DNA of 64,000 nt from the NCBI RefSeq assembly GCF_006345805.1, contig NC_043002.1:9424001-9488000 (forward strand), given 5' to 3'. A program made the position numbers and the translations under genes. Shown here piece after piece: positions 25,974-40,577 of the stretch. The DNA is from Octopus sinensis (Eukaryota). Within the stretch, counting starts at the first letter, position 1. Each line of letters begins with the position of its first letter. Under the pieces are notes generated by a model that had not been told where the DNA came from, searched no databases, and was given only the letters and a program-made list of their open reading frames with translations.

Positions 25974-27249
25974 CTCTTATTATAAAAGGCAGATTTTATC
26001 TGCCTCCCTTTGGGAGTTATAGAAATCTACAATATAGGATTTCTTCAATTACAATTTACCTAGCATTTATAAGAGTACAATGCATCGCGTCATGCCAGGT
26101 CCAGTTTTTAAAATTTAAACTCCAATTAAGCAAAATTTACAGAAAACTAACATTCTGGTGTGTGTGTCAAATGCTTTTCTTAGTCTGGTTTACACCACAC
26201 GCAAACGCACACACACAGTGTGCAACGAATAAAATGAAAGTAAATAGCGACAGAGTGATTTGAGGAAGACTAAACTGAAAGTATTTAAACCACTACTCAA
26301 AAAATAAAAAAAACACAGCAAACAGAAACAAATAAATACATAACCATTTACTCCTCACACAATTTCTTCAATTAGAATTTACCTAAGATTTTTCAAAGTA
26401 CTCCATTCACTCATGCCATAATATATTTCTTTCAATTTCACCCCCAATTAAGACAAAATTCGAGAAAACTCAATATTTTAACATATCACTCCGAAAGCAT
26501 TGATGTACATGTGTGCATGCGTGAGTGTGTGTGTGTCATTCCTCACACACACGCATACACATACATATACAACTACATACAACTACATACACATACAACT
26601 ACATACAAACACGTGTGTGTTTGTTATTAGTAAAAAAGGCGCCAAAACACCAAAACACAACTCACTTATCATTCCAACACATTTGCAAAGACACACGGAC
26701 GGACAGAAAAGGTAAATTGATTTTTATTTTACTCTGTATATATTTTTTTATATAATATTATATATAGATATATGTATATATAATTGCAGTATGAAACAGT
26801 GTTTATGTATAAACAGACGACACTTATATATAGTTATTATAATAAGAGATTAATAAATGTATGCATCCGTTTAACCCTTTCGTTACCAAGCCGCCCAAAT
26901 TTATCTATTCATATTTAAATGAGAATATCAGAGCAAATCTCTTTAGTACATTCGTGAAAAAACGTATTATACTTCGTAAACACTTCAACTACAGTTTTGT
27001 ACAAAAATCGAAGTGTAATTTTAATTCCGTGAATTATGGGAGATTTTTTTCCGAAATTTGTTCCTATTGTGTTTTCAAAATTTGTAATTCTGACAAAAAA
27101 TTATCCAGTAATTTTTTACTAGTTTCATCTTGTCTCTTTGTTTTCTCTCAGTGTTGATATATAGACAATTATGGTGGTTTTAGAGTTAGATCATGGCTGC
27201 TATTTTCAGCATGGTGATATCTCGTAGATACCCTAATTTATAATTTTAA

Positions 27250-27280
<31 letters not shown>

Positions 27281-28117
27281 GAGTGCTACTGGTAACATGG
27301 AATCCAATACAATCTGTCGCATTGTCGGGTTGTTGACGACTAAACTGGCAACCCCACCAGGCTTTCTTGGTGAGGAGGTTGTTATTGGTCACCCGGCAGG
27401 ATGGAAAGTTAGACCAGTCAAAGGCCGGATGAACTTCTCAACAGTCAATGGCCATTCAACAAAACATCTGTAAATATATATATATATCCTTTTTTTTTTG
27501 TCTTATAAGCTTATTTTTAGTTTTATATACATGTTTATATTTATTGCATATCCTTTACTTTCTTATATTTATATATAATTCTTATTTACATTTGCAAATC
27601 ACATATCTTACCTTTTTCTTTTTCATGAACTGCTCTGCCTCAATCTTCAGAGTGATATTTGACCACTATATAGATTGTCTGAGTGTCAGTTTGGTGTCTG
27701 GAGTGGGATAGCTTACCTCATGGGCAGGGAGAAGCTCTTTAACTTTGGTTGGTAATCTACCTAGGAGAAGGAAATCTCCGAAAGAAAACCTGAGGCCTTG
27801 GAAGTTCCTGGTTTTGTCAATTTCCATGTCACACCAACGAAAGTCTTTTTGGGCTAATAAGTAGGGTAATGCAGTGCAAGCTACACTCACTGAAAATTAA
27901 CCATCTGCACAGGTACTTCCTGTACTCCAAATGTTGGTAAAATCATTGAATTGGTTGGTTGGCAGAAACCTAAAAATGCACTTGTAACTTACTCTAAAAT
28001 GTCTCAAACCGATTCAGTAAATGGCTAAAAAGGTTTGGGAAGTCAGGGGAACAGGTCTAGATTGGCAGGTGTTCCAGTGTATCACTGGCTGGACCCAGTC
28101 GTCATCCTGCCACTGTG

Positions 28118-28700
28118 AAGCATAGGAGTGGCTGTGTGGTAAGTAGCTTGCTAACGAACCACATGGTTCCAGGTTCATTCCCACTGCATGGCACTTTGGG
28201 CAAGTGCCTTCTACTATAGCCTTGGGCTGACCAAAGCCTTGTGAGTGGATTTGGTAGACGGAAACTGAAAGAAGCCCATCGTATATATGTATATATATAT
28301 CTATATATGTATATATATGTATGTGTGTGTATATGTTTGTGTCTGTGTTTCTCCCCCCAACATCGCTTAACAACCGATGCTGGTGTGTTTATGTCCCCAT
28401 AACGTAGCGGTTCGGCAGAAGAGACTGATAGAATAATTACTAGGCATCATCATCATCGTTTAACGTCCGTTTTCCATGCTAGCATGCATTGGACAGTTTG
28501 ACCGGGGTCTGGGAAGCCAGTAGGCTGTGCCAGGCCCAGTCTGATCTGGCAGTGTTTCTACAGCTGGATGCCCTTCCTAACGCCAACCACTCCGTGTGTG
28601 TAGTGGCTGACAAAGAATAAGTCCTGGGGGCGATTTGCTCAACCAAAGGCAGTGCTCCAGCATGGCCACAGTCCCATGACTGAAACAAGTAAAAGAGTAT
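28118..28700 (+). mobile_element. CORE-like SINE containing a minus-strand LINE-tail insert (28445-28607)
   Basis: Head ggagtggctgtgtgg; tail gactgaaacaagtaaaagag; internal (CAT)n tail fragment. Confidence 0.85.
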
Positions 28701-28991
28701 CCTTTGAATTTTGGTTGTTGAAATGTGCGAACACTTCTTGATGATAATTTCAACAAGTGGCCAGAAAGGCATACTGCACTTATTGCATGTGAGCTTAAGA
28801 AATATTCCCTTGATATAGTTGTGCTCTACGAAACCCATCTCTCTGGTGAGGGTCAAGTAAATGAACCTACTTATGGATATACTATCTTTTGGAGTGTAGA
28901 GAATCTGGTGTTGGGTTTGTTCTCAAGAATACATTAGTTTCCTCCATTGCAGAACTTCCGTATTAAACTGACAAAAGGTAGGTTTCTTACC

Positions 28992-29232
28992 TATTTCTTT
29001 ACTACCCACAAGGGGCTAAACACAGAGGAGACAAACAAGGACAGACAGATGGATTAAGTCGATTATATCGACCCCAGTGTGTAACTGGTACTTAATTTAT
29101 CGACCCTGAAAGGATGAAAGGCTAAGTCGACCTCGGCGGAATTTGAACTCAGAATGTAATGGCAGATGAAATACTGCTAAGCATTTCGTCCGGCGTGCTA
29201 ACGTTTCTGCCAGCTTGCCGCCTTGTAGCCTT
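28992..29232 (-). mobile_element. tRNA-derived SINE (ggcggc.agctggcagaa family)
   Basis: A and B boxes (gagttcaaattcc); 15-bp TSD ggtaggtttcttacc at 28977-28991 and 29233-29247. Confidence 0.9.
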
Positions 29233-31504
29233 GGTAGGTTTCTTACCGTTGTCAGTATTTATACACCAACAATGTCCCATTCTGATGAAACTGGAGGATA
29301 GTTTTATGATGATCTAGCACAATTATTGAGGAAAGTACCAATTTCTGACAAGCTGGTCATATTGGGAGATTTCAATGCAAGAGTTGGAAAGGACTATGTT
29401 TCATGGCCTGTTTTAGGTCGACATGGGAGTGGAAAATGCAATAAAAATGGAGTAGCTCTTCTGATGTTTTGTACTGAAAATAATCTGGTTGTCACCAACA
29501 CTCTGTTTAAGCAGATAATAAATATAAAACCACCTGGTTTCACCCAAGATCTAAGCACTGGCATCTCGTAGATTATATTCTGATCAGAAAACATGATATG
29601 AAAGACATTTCTAGTGTTCCGGCCATGAAAGGGGCAGAGAGTAGGACTGACCATCATCTAGTGTGTTGAAAAATAGATCTTTCAATAATGCCTAAAAATC
29701 GACAGTCTGGTCCTAAGGTACCCCAAAAGTTAAATATTGCAAACTTTAAATTATCAAGCAACTTGCAAAGATTCTATGATGCTATAGAAAGTATCAATCT
29801 TGACCCAAACAATCTATGGGAAGATTTCAAAACAAAAGTATTTCAGGCTGCAAGTTCATCAGTGGGATGTAAATCACATAAGTCCAGTGACTGGTTCTCA
29901 GATACATCAGCAGAAATTCATGATCTACTTTTAGAAAAACAAAATTTAGGCAATACACTTCTTTCTCAGTCCTTGAGCCCCAACTCAAATGAAATTTACA
30001 GAAAGCTGAAAAGGAAATTGAAGACTGCTCTAAGGAAAATTAAACAGGAATGGTGGAATGATAGAGCAAAAGGGGTACAAGAAGCAGCTGGTAGAAATTA
30101 TATGTTTAGGAGGTATATGGCCCAAAATCTTCAATAGCTCCACTGAGAAAAGCAAATGGACATTTTCTTCTGACTGATACTGCTTCTATTCATAAGCATT
30201 GGGTAGAACATTTTTCTGCACTTTTGAATGGACCATCATCCGTTGACATGAAGACGATAGAAAAAATTGAATACCTTCCAGTTATAGAAGAGATGGCATT
30301 TGAACCAACTCTAAATGACATTTATTTAGCTGTGAATAAAGTGAATAACAGTAAGTCTCCAAGGTCTCATGGAATCTGTGCAGAAGTTTTGAAATATGGG
30401 GGTAACAACCTGTTTGAACTCTTAAATATATTAATTTGTCACTGTTGGAGAACTGAGAAAGTGCCTCAAGATGGATTGATGCCATTTTAGTCTCCTTGTA
30501 TAAATTGGGGCCAAAGGATCTGTGTGGTAATTTTCGTGGAATTTTGCTGTTGTCTGTGGTTGGAAAGGTTCTTGCCCACATTTTGCTAGAACGTTTAAAT
30601 ACCTTTATAGTTCCAAATACAGTGCTAGTATAGACCTCGGAGCTACAATCTATATTGTATATATTAGAAGCATTAGTACCACTGTTTCTATTTCCTATGT
30701 CACCATTAATATTATTATTCTCTTTGTAGGGGTTTAAGTTAGTGTTGACAGTAATACTATAATTATTACCACCTCTTGCTAATTTTATATTCTTTCTGTT
30801 TAACCTTGATATGATGGTACACATATGCTTTGACAAGGGTGCACATAATGTCTATAGTCTTTTTCCAACTCCATCCCTTATTTTAATTATTATATTGTTG
30901 ATTCTTGGTTTCTTCTTATTATAAATGAAACATGGTTTTATTATTATTATTAAAATAGTAAGAATTTTGAAAAAATACATTTACAATGCTTGGTATGTAC
31001 AAAAGAATTTACCCTAAAAAAAATCTTTAACCAGCATCTGAAGGGTTTTTAGAAATTGAAAAGCAAACTAAAAAGTAACTTAAAGTTATTGCCCTTTAAG
31101 TTGTAGATCCCATACCAAAGTAGCCCCAGTTATTTATTACAGCATTACTTTCATTAAATCTGACACATTTCTGCTGGATAAGTGTATTAGTGTCCTTTGA
31201 TGTAGCAATTATGTGCATTTGATATAAATTCAAATCAGCTGCACCACGTATTCATGCAAGGTAGACATTTCCATGCAGCTTTGGGTGAAGCGAACGGAGG
31301 GTTCGAGTTTAAGACAGTCCTTCTTAAAGTATATTTTAGGTGAGGGACCACAAAACCTCTGGGTACAGGAGAGTAGAGTTTGTGTTGAAGTGCAGTATAA
31401 CTATAGTTCTGGTATCACTTAAACTTAGATGACCTTTTGGGATGTAGTTGAAATACCAATTACCTAAAGTATCAAAACAAGAATTTTTTAATAAATGAAA
31501 ATAA

Positions 31505-31927
31505 GAATCTTTTCGGTTTGAGTGGCAGTTTTTTCTAGCGGTGTCATATGAAATTGTCACCCGTAATTATGACCCTAGTATCGATCTATTGCATTTCAAT
31601 CTGTTTTAGGGTTAGGGTTAGGGTAAGAGCGGGGGGAAGGGTATCTTTGTTTTTCTTCACAAATGTAAATAAACCCAATCTGTTTCTTAAACGAGGGACA
31701 TATTCATACGGCACAGAATGTTTTCACCTCAATAGACGTCACTGATTGGTTGAAATTACAGAAATTGAAGAAAAAAAAAACAAATATCTTACAAACTATA
31801 GAATTTTCTCAATAAAGCCAAGAGAAAAAGATGTTTTATAAACACATTCTACCAGTATACGAAGTTTAAAAGTGTTTAGTTACGTGGAAATTATTTTAAA
31901 AAACTGCCGTTCAAACCGAAAAGATCC
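31505..31927. mobile_element. MITE family B copy
   Basis: Reverse complement of 20984-21395; contains (TTAGGG)3. Confidence 0.88.
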
Positions 31928-34779
31928 GATTACCCTTATCAATTACTGATGGAAATATGAAAGAAGCACCCCTCCTCCACCACCAGAAATGTTAGAAATA
32001 GCAACACTCGAACATGTATGATGCTGGCTGCGTAAGCAAAGGTATCTAGTATCGGAGTCAGACACACTTTTCGAGTCGCTACTGTAATTGATAAGCACGA
32101 ATGGTTAGAGGAACTTTTTGCACACTCTCAAAACTGCGGCTGATGCAGAGCAGTTACGATTCTTGTGAATAAGATCGGATACGTTCTTTGACAAATCTAA
32201 ACTGGATCCCTAACTATTTTGCATAATTGGAATTTCTGATGTTCTAAACATGGAAATTCGAAGACTGATTTAGGGGGGAAAAAACTCCACCAAGAACTAA
32301 AATAAGATAGAAGAGAGAGAGATGCTATGAATTACCTATTTTGCATTCATTTATTCGTTTAGGTAATTGAAGAAAGCTAAGATAGATTTTTAATACTGTA
32401 CATTATTTGCTGATCCCAATTTTACCGTAACGGGACAGCATTTTAGTCCTGTATGCAAATGTCAATTGGCTGGTTAAAAATACCGACTACAAGCCGAAAT
32501 CTGCATACACCCCCCTATATAAATTTGCCGAGCCTTAACTATATTAAGGATTTCTTATATACAAATTAACAAAGGAAGGCAATGGTAAAGCTGTGCAAAG
32601 GCAACCCTGATTTAAGTCGGTGAAAATAGCTTTAAGCAGGACGTTGTCGGTTTTTACTATAACAGATCTCGGTATAAAACTGAAATCTCTGTTTGAAAGA
32701 CAAAGGAATAGGATAAGTTTTATAACATTTATGCCTTTCCAGTGTGAATATGTAAGGGTGAAATGGCCCCGACCCCACTGAAAATGCTGCTGCCTAGACG
32801 ATGAATGGCCATAGTTTAACAGTTCTTTTGTTCGTCTCCAGCTTTTGACGAATTTAATGTTTTACCACACGTTTTAAAAGTTGTATCTTGAAAATATAAA
32901 CAAAAAACGAAACGGCTATATTTGATACTTCAAACGGAAATGGTTTATCTCGTTTCTTGAACAGTCCCATGAAAGTATGAGGCTAGGTCAGAGGGATAAT
33001 GACTAAATCGTGAAAATTAATACACTAGTTAAAAATTATTTATGTGAGGAGAAAAATAGACGAAAATTCGGGGATTTAGAATTAATTCTGCCAGATTTTA
33101 ATTGTACAGTTGCAATGTTGATAAGGTGAAATGTTGTATTAAGGGCATTTTATTCAACTTAAACGGAGAATTTCCTGCAAATACGCTTGATTTTGGCAGT
33201 TTTACATTTTCTAAATCACAGATGTTTGTAGATTTCATTACGATTGTAAATAAAAATAAGTATTTATAATATTCCATCTTCTTCACACAAAAGAAAAAAC
33301 AATTGTTACTGCGCCCTGATCTTGCTGAACCGTGTAAATATACTGCAAAAGGAACCAATTTAGTAAAATAAAATTTTTTGTAGTAATAATTTCACTACTT
33401 ATTGAGATAAACTATTACTACAAAAAATTTAGAGGGCAACCTTGATTAACTAAAATGTCAATTTAGGAATAAATCACTCAATCGCATCATCGTAAAAGTT
33501 GAAACCTATACGTATAATAAATAATAGCCATATCGATCCATTAAAATTTTCAGATATTTACTTGAAAATATATAAATTATATAAACTCTACAAAATGTGC
33601 AAACCGGTTTTGAAAAAAAAAATTGTTTATGTACATACACATACAAACACCCAGAGGCATACGCAAACATTTTATTTCACAAATGTACAAAAAAATAATA
33701 CGAGATTTATTTGAAGTAAAGGCGAAAGAAAGAAATCAATTTTTAGTGACAGGTCAAACCAATTAACTCTATAACTATGGCGGGAAAACTCACTCGCTAA
33801 TTTCATATACGGTCGGCGAGATGATTAAGAGTTAGGATTTTAATTTTGTTGACAAACAAAAATGAAATTGTAGCATAGTTTCAATTCTCAATAGAAGCCA
33901 CTAATAAAAGGGGAAAATGCGTGAATATTATATTTCCCGTTTCTTTCTCCTTTAACAAAACAAAAAAACGAGTTTTATATCTCGAAGCAGTAGTACTCAA
34001 CTATACACCTTTTTATTCTTTACGTAGATTAAAAACAAATTAGCTTCAGAGAAATTGTTTATTCAAGCTTATTAGCATCACGACCGAAATCAGAAATCGA
34101 AACTAGATTTAGATTTATTTCATGGTTTTGATTGTTGATCCCATCTACTTTTTAAAGATTAGTCCCGTTTTAAACAAGAACCCCTTTTTTTATAGATTTA
34201 ATAGAACTAGTTATGAACTACAATTCTCTGAGTTTAGATTCTGTTAAACTCTATTGAGTCAATTCTTCTCTCATTATAAAAGCATTTAAGATTCATGGCT
34301 CGGAGCCTTTTCACTTTATTTTCTAATTTTATTTATTTGAGGAAGGTATGAACGTTACACATCCCCATTTATACTGTCTTATAAATAAATTTCAGGGATT
34401 CTGTACCTCAACAGAAAGTGTTCAAGAATTTAACAATTTTTTTTAATAACCACATTACAACGAATATCAAAAAAAAAAAGATCTTTATCTCTAATTCTAA
34501 TAATATTTATTAATCACCATTTTTTAATGATTCTTCGTGTTGAAGCAAAATCTCGTTTCCCCTCTTACAATAAATGTCAGTGCAGCCGTCTCACTCCCTC
34601 CCTCCCTCTCTCTTCCCCCCCCCGGTACTAATAGTGATTAGTACTCTTCCTCTTCCTCCTCAACTGTTTATCCTACTCACGTTGGCTGAGAAGGCGAAAG
34701 TGAAGTTATTAAAAAACCAGCGAGAAAAACATCGCAAAGACGGTGACGGGGAGGAGGAGGAGGAAAGGGATAGTGAGAG

Positions 34780-35280
34780 GAAAGAGGAGGCACAAAGGGA
34801 GGGGGGGACGGATTTCAGTAGGGTGAGTAATAAACTGTGAGTGTGAGCGGGAGAGAGAAAGTGATAAAGAGTGAGTATGAGCGGGAGAGGGAAAGTGATA
34901 AAGAGTGAGTACGAAAGGGAGAGAGAAAGCGATAAACTGTGAGTATGAGCGGGAGTGTGATACAGAGAAAGAAAGTAAAGGTCGGGAAAATAAAAACGAA
35001 AATAGAGGGCTAAGAGAAAGAAAGAAAGAAAAAAAAAAAGCAAAGATTAAAAGAAAGAAAGAGGAGGCACAAAAGGAGTGGGACGGATTTTAGTGGGGTG
35101 AGTAATAAAGTGAGAGTGTGAGCGGGAGTGTGATATAGAGAGAGAAAGTAAAGGTCGGGAAAATAAAAACGAAAATAGAGTGAGGGCGAGAGAAGGAAAG
35201 AAGTGAGTGAAAGAGAAAGAGAGAGAGAGAGAGAAAGAGAAAGAGAGAGAAAGGCAAAGATTAAGAGAAAGAAAGCGTAA
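34780..35280 (+). repeat. Purine-rich imperfect tandem duplication upstream of HMGB
   Basis: gaggaggcacaaa...ggacggattt...aaggtcgggaaaataaaaacgaaaatagag occurs twice (about 34784 and 35061), with internal gagcgggag subrepeats. Confidence 0.8.
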
Positions 35281-35319
35281 TATAATAATAATAATAGTAA
35301 TAAAAAAATCCTGTATCCC

Positions 35320-35465
35320 CCTCTCCCGTATTGGCACACGTGAATGGTTTATAGTGTTCTAAGGCAACTGTTTCAAGCCGTGCAGCGATAGTAACCATTC
35401 GCGATATTATTAGTAAACTGAGTGTTTCTTCCGTAGTGCCCTCACTTTAGCTCTTCGATTCCAAC
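35320..35465 (+). promoter_or_regulatory. Putative HMGB proximal promoter / 5' UTR
   Basis: Reverse CCAAT (ATTGG 35330-35334) is adjacent to E-box CACGTG (35337-35342), about 130 bp upstream of the ATG, in transposon-poor sequence. Confidence 0.5.
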
Positions 35466-35469
35466 ATGG
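35466..35469 (+). CDS. HMGB: HMGB coding exon 1 (ATG G)
   Basis: ccaacATGG|gtaagc: strong donor. Its phase 1 matches the acceptor at 42937 (G|GT = Gly). It lies just downstream of CCAAT and E-box motifs. Confidence 0.75.
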
Positions 35470-38400
35470 GTAAGCAAGTTTTTTTTAAAAAGATTTTCTC
35501 ATCATGTCGAAATATGCAACTTGTTACTAAATTTAAATGCTCTTATTTGCAAAGCTTTCTTTCGTTTGTTTCTTCTAGAAAAATCTGAGTTGAACTGGAA
35601 GAAAAAAAAGCCGTTTATCCTCCTAATTCGAAGCAAAAATTTGTTGGGGGTTTAATTATTTTAGGTACATGACGGCCATAAATTTTTCCAGTTGCCTGAT
35701 TTTACTTCTCGTTCTCTCCGAAATAATTTCATAATTTTCTCATTTAAAAAAAATCTAATTCCTTTTTGTCTTATTTCGTTCAATATTTAAAATATTTCAG
35801 TGAAAATTCTGTCTGAATTGTGAAAAACGAATAATCTGTTGGGCGCCATTGTTCTGAATAAGGAAACCAGCAAAAAAATCATGACAAATGCTTTATTTTA
35901 TTTTACCTTGATGGCTTTTCTGGGGTGAAGGAGCAAGTTTTTTCGGGAAAGGTTTGTAGATTGAAGACCGATCCTTATTATTCGATGGAAATAATACGGA
36001 TTGTTTTCGTATTTTGAAAGATATAAAAAAAAGAACGACCGAGCGAGGAGCCGCCAAATCGCTGCCTTTTTATAAATGGGAGATAAGCGCGCTAAACTTG
36101 AAATTTATCGTATGCCTCGATTTATTTTTAGGAAACTTGCTTATTTCTATAACTTATAAACCGATTTCCTCACACAAGAAAATCGAATAGAATTATCAAA
36201 ACTAAAAAAATTAGATTTTTTCAATGATAATTTTTCCATCATGAAAATTATCCATGCCATTTTTTTTTTAAATCTGCAATTTTGGTTACTAATTTGAAGG
36301 GTTTAGAATTATGGATAAAAATTCTTTCAATGGCTAAACAATTTCATTACGATCGATTTATTTTCCCCTTTATTCATTTATTCAATCAAAATTAGTTTTA
36401 GTTTTGGTGTTTTTCAGGAAAATCTTTCTGTGCAGAAGATAAACCTGAACTAAACATGGCTACTTTGCTACGCAGCCATGTTAAAACAAACAATTCTCAC
36501 TTAATTATTAGAAATTCATCTCCATTTTCTAGTTTTATGGGGTTCTTTTCCTGGTAGAAGTACTCCAGATGAAATTATCTAGACATTTTCTTTGTGAATT
36601 AATTTCCCTGCTTTCAGCGAAAAATCGTAAATGTTACTTAAAACTGAAGCTTTGGCGTGCTTCCGCTTCTATCTCAAGTAATTTCCCCCCTAATATGGCA
36701 ATTGTGCTGGGAGCAATCAGCTCGGCTTTTGTCACGACGTTGATGAAGAAAGGAAGAAGAGCAAATTAGAAAATGCAGGGCAAAATAACCGGCGATAGTA
36801 AAGAAGGCGCACACCAAGGGTTTATATAGGGTTGGTGCCATTGTTAGGCTTAGAACGGGTGGTGTGCGTATTCTTTACCTCCGCCAAAAAACCAATCTTA
36901 ATTATCCCAAGGAAGGTGAATAAAAATGCAGAAAAAGAGCGGTTCTGCTTCTTATAGCGACGGCCTTGTTTGGAATGTGGGTGCCGAGCAGGTTATGGAA
37001 GGGCCGCACCGCATCTCGTTCACTAATTATCTATCAGGAGATGAATACTTTTTTTTTTTTTTTTTTTGATCTTTTCTTAATCTTTTCAGCTCCGGATGTC
37101 ATTGAAAAGATTCCACTTAGATCTGTGTGTGCCTGCCTTTATTATAAATAATTCATTTTATGATAAAGCTTGTTTGTGGCGGATAAGATGAAGGGGTTTT
37201 TGTTTAGCCGCAGACATTTTTCTCATCCCGTCTCGGTCCTACTTAAGGAGCGTAGCCCCGATTCTGTCCCAAACCACAATACACCTTGGATCCACTTAAC
37301 TTATGTATCGTTAATGTGCAGTTTTTGGGAAATTTGGCTGCTCTTTCCAGCAGTTTAAGCGATCACTTGTCGCGGATAAGATGAAGGGGTTTTTGTTTAG
37401 CCGCAGGCATTTTCTCGTCCCGTTTCGGTCCTACTTCAGGAGAGAGTAAGCCACAATACACCTTGGGATCCATTTATCTAATGTGCAGTTTTTTTAAAAA
37501 TTTGGCTGCTCTTTCCAGCAGTTTAAGCGATCCCAGCGTATCTATCCATCATTGGCCCGTGGCTAGACGGTATTTTTGCAAGACCGAAATTAGCAATTTG
37601 AAGAATTTTGAGTGCCCTACTGGTGATGGCATCGCCAAAGTTCCAATCGAAGCATGTCCCAGATTATCCTGGGACGTCCGAGGATTTCAGTGGGGCGTGC
37701 GGATAATTTATAGAACACAAATTCGAAAGATTGGAATTATTTTTTTGGTAGTAACAGTGATTATTTTTCCTGTTTGCAAAGACGGTGGCGCTGAGAAGCA
37801 AAAGCGATTCAGACGACTATCCATTTCCATCAACTTGTGGCATGGTGCCAGAGCTAAAAAAAATCATTTTTAGACTTACACGTATGTACGGTACTGGTAA
37901 ATGTATTTATTGCCAGCAGAATGTTAGGCACTGCTTGAGAACAGTGGTCCCGGTGCGCGCACTCGCGCTAGTTAGTCATGACTAGTCGATCCTTTGTGTT
38001 TTTGTGTTATTTACTTTGTATTTTTGTTTTATTTAGTTTGTTTAACAAAAATTATTTTCTTTGTTTAAAAAAAATTACATATTTTGAATATGAGGGTACG
38101 ACTAGCGAACATTGGGCCCGGTGCGCGCAGTCGCGCATCCGCGCTAGCTAGTCGTGACTAGTCGATCCTACAACGACTTACCTAGCAAAGTAAATAAAAC
38201 AAAATAAATAAATTTTTTTACACAAAGTAAATAATTTTTGTTAAACAAATGGCGGTGCTCCAGCATGGCCACAGCTTGTGAGTTGGAACTAAATAAAAAA
38301 AAAGTAAATCATAAAGTAAATAATTTTTTTAAAGAAAGTAAATAACACAAAGTAAGGGATCGACTAGTCATGACTAGCTAGCGCGAGTGCGCACACCGGG

Positions 38401-40542
38401 ACCACTGTTCTCGAGTAAGTACCCAATGCTACATATTTCATGTGTTGACTATGAGAGACCAACTAATAAACTTTACGTACAGTTTGGTGCAGTCCGAAGT
38501 GGGGGGGGGTGCCATTTGTTGCCCTCGGACACAATCGATCCTCTTCCTCCAGTTTAGGATGAATGAAACGCGAGATGTGCGCGTAGCTAGTCACGTGATG
38601 GTGACGCTGACGCCAACCGATGGCCACCACGCCGAAGCATCATCATCAGTCTGCGGAATGGAATTTTTCGGCATTTTGCGAAATTGGAATTTGTCTTCGT
38701 CGTGTTTTCATGAAGGGCTTTCCACATTAAAAACAACATCCGCCGTTGAGATCATCAGTTTAAGGCGACTGGCAGCTTATTTTTGGACTGGTCTGTTGAG
38801 AATCATCATCATCATCATCATTTAACGTCCGTCTTCCATGCTAGCATGAGTTGGACGGTTCGACCAGGGATCTGGGAAGGCTGCACCAGGCTCCAGTCTG
38901 ATTTGGCAGTGTTTCTACAGTCAGGCATACTTCAATAAAATTCATAGGGCAGGCCATCTAGCCCTGGCGACTTGTCCCCCAGAGCACTCAGCCAGCACCT
39001 CCTTAGCTGTGATTGGCCCTTCACAGCATTCCACCTCCTGTGCCAAGAGTCGAGGCCCTCCAGCAAGGAAGTCCCTTAGGGACTCCCCGCAATCCGGTGC
39101 ATCGCTTTCCCCAAAAAAGCCGGCATCAGTTTAAGGCGACTGGCAGCTTATTTGGACGCAAAACGTTCCAGCAAGCCATCGATTTAGTGACTGGTCTGTT
39201 GAGAATCATCATCATCATCATCATTTAACGTCCGTTTTCCGTGCTAGCATGGGTTGGACGGTTCGACCAGGGTCTGGGAAGCCAGGAAGCTGCACCAGGA
39301 CCCAGTCTGATCTGGCAGTGTTTCTACAGTTGGATGCCCTTCCTAACGCCAACCACTCCGTGAATATAAGGGACCTCTACGTAAAGGAGGAGCTCAGACA
39401 AAAACAATAAAGTGAAAAGAATTTGCGTTTTACTTGTATTTGCCTTAAATAATCGTAAATAATAATTTAATGTAAATAAAATATACACCATTTTGTGAGA
39501 GGCAAACATTGTTTAATAATAATAATAAAAGCGGAGGTTTTAAAGTGACGTACATAGAAAATTAAGGTTTTGAAAACCTCAAGGACATGTTTTCAAAATT
39601 TTGATTTTTCCTCCTCTCCACCCCTCTGGCAAATAAAAATAGGGGTGGTGGAAATAAAACTGTTGAAAACGTGATTCGTCGTTTAGCTGCTGTTTCTAGC
39701 ATGTCGTTTTCTGCTTAGATTTTTTTTCTCCAGATCATAATCTCCGTATTTCGCCAAATAAAGAGTGGAGAATTGGGTTTTTTCTGTGTTTTTATTTTCC
39801 AGATTCGGTATCTCCGCTGTCGAAAAGATGTTTCTATAGGACCCCCCCCCTAGCCCATAGAAAATAAACCGGAAGGGGTGTGTGATCCATGTCCCTTTAC
39901 CTCCGCCAATAATTGTTATAAAGTTTAATAAGGGGCTCAAATTTCACCCCCCTCCCTCAATTTAAATTTTGAACTTTTCGTCCATTTATTTATTTATTTG
40001 TCCGTTTATTCATAAAATGTATTTGTCAAGTAAATGTGGCGGTCATGGGAAGACGATGTTACTGTTTTAATCCCAAGAAAGACATATCGGTTAATAAATA
40101 TAAAGACCTTCACCCGGGAACCCCCCAAAAAATTAACCAACCTGGAGTTGTTAACGAGTGTATGGAAATCGAATATGTGAGGTGGGGGGAGGGCACTTCC
40201 GGAAAATTCACAAGATCCGATTTATCCGTCATGACTTGGGGTAAAATGGATATATATTGATTTTATTTTTTTTAACAGGATCCCAACTTTTTTGGTTATA
40301 GAGAATCCGACTCTGAAAAGAAATTTTTTTTTTTTTCCAATTTTTCAATTTTTCATGCTCCAGCATGGCCGCAGTCAAATGACTGAAACAAGTAAAAGAG
40401 TATATATAATATGCGTTCAAGCAGGCTATCCACATGCTAGAAATAATAGCCAAATCTCAAAACTTCGATGACATAATGTAATCAAACCTTTTTGCAGAGT
40501 AATTTCCCGTAGTGAATGACGGAGTAATTCATGTGAAATAAA

Positions 40543-40577
<35 letters not shown>

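Larger units (their letters stand above)
27650..30625 (+). mobile_element. RTE-BovB-like LINE (5' UTR, endonuclease, start of RT) with nested SINEs
   Basis: ctaggagaagga 5' motif; VRTLLD..PERHTALIACEL, ILGDFNARVG, KSP..HGI.AE and NFRGI.LLSVVGK; 3'-truncated. Confidence 0.8.

Noticed and set aside
31606-31623. Telomere or chromosome fusion scar
   Set aside because: There are only three units, and they lie inside a MITE.
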